Below, one piece after another: positions 54,860-58,168 of a stretch of 58,168 nt of DNA (the stretch's first letter is position 1; each line of letters starts with the position of its first letter). The position numbers and the translations under genes are program-made. The notes beneath the pieces are model-generated. The model saw only the letters and a program-made list of their open reading frames with translations, had not been told where the DNA came from and did not search any database. Where the stretch lies: contig NC_068986.1 in the NCBI RefSeq assembly GCF_001194135.2, positions 59,491,591-59,549,758 of the forward strand. The letters are read 5' to 3'. The DNA comes from Octopus bimaculoides. Its lineage: Eukaryota.

Positions 54860-55220
54860 AGTTTGCAGACTCTTGGAGTATGCAGCTTTTCTTAGATGCA
54901 GAGTTGGCACCTGCAAGCTCTGAGTAAGAGAGGGCCTGTCTAGTAGATTCCATTTGGTATTGGATGAGATGTTGCCATGGTCATGGAGTTTCCAAGATGA
55001 AGTAGGACAAGGGTGTCAAAGTTACCCTGTCCCTACATATGAAGGAGAGCAGATACTGCAAGTACCTCTTCTTAAAGTTGTTGGTCATCATACTTGTGTA
55101 TTGTCTTGTAATACCATTGAGTTGTATAAGGAGTGCTCTATAGACCATGGCTTTGGGGAAGCAGTATCCTCCTGGTGGACAGTTAATAGGGTTTTGAAAG
55201 TTGCAGATGAGAGTGTGGGA
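54860..55220 (-). mobile_element. Penelope-like GIY-YIG endonuclease remnant
   Basis: CNFQNPINCPPGGYCFPKAMVYRA...QYTSMMTNNFKKRYLQYLLSF...TPLSYFI, then RCQLCI*EKLHI. Matches the CNC..CPL.G.C..VY..Y.G..FK.RY..H..SF pattern. Confidence 0.8.
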
Positions 55221-55295
55221 TGAATGTTGTGTGTGTACACACACACACATCCATCCATCCATCTGTCCAAACACACCTACCTATCCACCTCTCTC

Positions 55296-55338
<43 letters not shown>

Positions 55339-58066
55339 ACGTGTGTGTCTGTATAAAGGAAGAATACACGAGGAATATAAGCAACAAATTGCATATTGTT
55401 TAATTTATGAAAAAATATGATTATCAAAAGGCAACATATGATATAAAATGTCTTGCCAAATATATATAAGAATAACAACAAACAATATTTTGTAATGATA
55501 TAATCAACGAACGTCATAACCAGTTTCAGATTTCTTTTTTGACAGAACTTTTTAAATAAGAATAAACAAAACAGACCCTTTGAAACATCAGTAGTTTGTT
55601 AATTGAAGTCTAATTACATTCAGAATATGTGTGAAATGAAATATTATTTTGCCTCGAAAATATAAATATTTTTTACCTTTAATTAGCATCGTATTATAAT
55701 GAAATTTTATTAAGTTTATTTGATTTATATTTTTTAGTTTATTTTTGATGTGAAGGAGCAGGTAGGTAGGGTGTGGCCTGCACCTGTTTTCTTCCTAGAC
55801 TGGAGGTAGAAGTTGTTGTTCAGGAGCCATAAAACACAGGTGTAAACAACATCATGACTTAGAATTGTTACAAACCCATGATTATTCAATGATTTTCAAT
55901 GAGAGACAAGTCACTGTTAAGCTACTTTGTTATTGGCACACTATATGAAAACAAAGTGAGCCTCTATGTGATCATTTGGTCTATGAGCAATAAGAGTCAA
56001 ATCTTCAAACTTCACCTCACCATCCAAAATGGGGGGAGGCTTGGATAATACAGCCATAGATACAGAATTATCTATTGCATGCACACACACACACACACAC
56101 ACATGTAGGTATTCATATGCATATATACACTCAAAGATACATATGACTTGCCTTGGGTTCTCAGTAGCAGAACTGAAAGGATACTATGACATACAGCATA
56201 CATTATGCATTTTTAGAACAAATGAGGCCTAACCTTCTTCAGGGTTGAGCATAGCCAATATCCCCTAGAAGAGAAGAAGTAAGTCTGATCGATAGAAAAA
56301 AGAGTGAATGAGAAGAATGCACCTAGTACAGGACTGGTACTTTCACCTGAAGATTGCCAATAAGAAATCTGGAGTAAATATTTATAGCAGGCTTCTGTAT
56401 AGTTTCTGTCAACCAAATTTCACAAAATTTTGTTCAGTCTGTGGTGGATGACTTTTACCTCAGATCAAACTTGTAATCACATGCTTACTACTTCTTAGCC
56501 CAATGGCTATGCCTGTAACCATATGTGGGCATTCCATCCCAAAGGACAACAAATTAAAGAGTAAACAAAAAGTGAGCTACAATTTTTCAGTCTAAGATAA
56601 AATTGTTTTAATAGGAAAACACTCACTATATAACAACAACAACAACTGTAAAGCCATATCGCTTTTCTGATTTAGTCTTATAACGGAGGAAGAGAAAGAG
56701 TGTAATGAAATTTAAAAAATCTAATGAATATATCTGGAGCATACAAATGGGCAACAGAACAAATGTCTTGATGATGATGACACTGACAAAGTTAAGAAGA
56801 TGACAACTGATGATCTTTAAGATGAGGATAATGATTATGATGACAAAAATGATTATGATGAAAAAGATGATCATGATGATAAAATGAAAATAAAAATGAA
56901 GGTGACAAAAATTTTGATGTCAATGATAATGATGAGCTACTCAGTCAAAATGTTGACTAGACAAAATTCTAACAGTTAAAATGCTTTTGAAACTGAGTTA
57001 TGGTCTGTTTACAGCTGAATTCAATTAAATCTAGTCAGAGTAACCAATTCTCTGGAGGAATAATACCAAAGTTCCAATAGAAAGGCTTCAATAATCTATT
57101 TGACTGTTCCCAAGCTTGTCTTAGAAAATTCAGTTAGAGCAAGCTAATATTGAATTAATTCTTGAACAAATAACTCTTTGGGCTAATGTGACATGAGTAA
57201 ATACAAAAATATTTCAAAATTAATGATTGTAGTAAAAAGATACTTGGAACTTATAATTCAGACAGCCCCTTGTTTTTCTTATGGTCAATATTTTTTCACA
57301 AGTTATAGTTTTATTTCAATCAATTTCTTTAATTTTAAAACAAATCATTTTGGCAACTTTCTTCCCATTTTAGACTGCTTTAGCTTAAAAAATAATTTCT
57401 TTTAATTTTTTTTACTAAATATAGATTTTGGTATCTTTCTTTTATTAAATAAATTGCTTCAGTTTTAATGTGAATTATTTTATTACATTTACAAAATAAA
57501 ACCTATTGGCATTTTGAATGTCAATAATTTGACTGTTAGCAATTTTGACCCCAGGGATTCTGTCTGTAAATGAACAATGCTGATGATACTGAAGACAACA
57601 ATTTTGATGAAAAGCTATTTACTGAGACATAAGTTTTTGAGTACTGAACAGTTGTACAAGACATTGAATTTTTAGATTAGTGGACTGCAGTAATTTAGTA
57701 GAAAGGGGACATAGTTGACTTGATTAATACCTCTATATAATTGGTAATATTTTTTTACTGACCCAAGAGGGATGAAAGTTAAAACCAACCTCAGTAAGAT
57801 TTGAACTTATTTCTTAAACTGCAGCACACAAAAAGACTTTTCTTGTGGCATTGCCATTTTCTAAGAGATCACACAAATGAAAATTATACAACTTTAAATA
57901 AAATGAAAATGAAACATTAAAACAAAATTAGAATATTATTTTATTTAAGACTTAATTCAATTGATCATGTTCAGTTATAAACTTTAAACCTTCCCTATCA
58001 ATAACTACGCAGAATGTGTTTGTGTCTCTTAACGTTTGTTTTAAAAGTAAATTTGAAATCTGCTCT

Positions 58067-58119
<53 letters not shown>

Positions 58120-58168
58120 TACACATATATATGTGTATATATATACATATATATATACATACATACAT

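Noticed and set aside
47883-58168. Search for the upstream RhoGEF exon (phase-2 donor)
   Set aside because: No convincing candidate found by eye. It probably lies beyond the window, or is short and was missed.

Overview
AT-rich, microsatellite-rich animal genomic scaffold with N gaps. The SINE repertoire resembles that of Octopus; this is recognition from memory, not a database check. The only host protein-coding gene I can support is the 3' part of a minus-strand DH-PH RhoGEF of the puratrophin-1/PLEKHG4 type. Nine GT-AG exons between 47880 and 30231 splice in frame (1720 nt, about 572 aa, stop at 30231-30233). Its 5' exons were not found in the window. The rest is intronic or intergenic and rich in transposon remnants: mariner (D,D34D) copies, a maT/DD37D-like element, Tc1/pogo-type MITEs and foldbacks, R4/Dong-like and CRE-like non-LTR remnants, several Penelope-like element (PLE) fragments and many tRNA-derived SINEs. 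Nearly all ORFs in the supplied track are microsatellite or gap artefacts. Most interesting observations: a near-canonical minimal hammerhead ribozyme motif at 51717-51756 and a degenerate one at 1664-1700, both inside inverted PLE termini; a 693-bp foldback downstream of the stop codon; a possible very long 3' UTR with clustered miR-92-family seed matches; and a 5'-inverted PLE copy.
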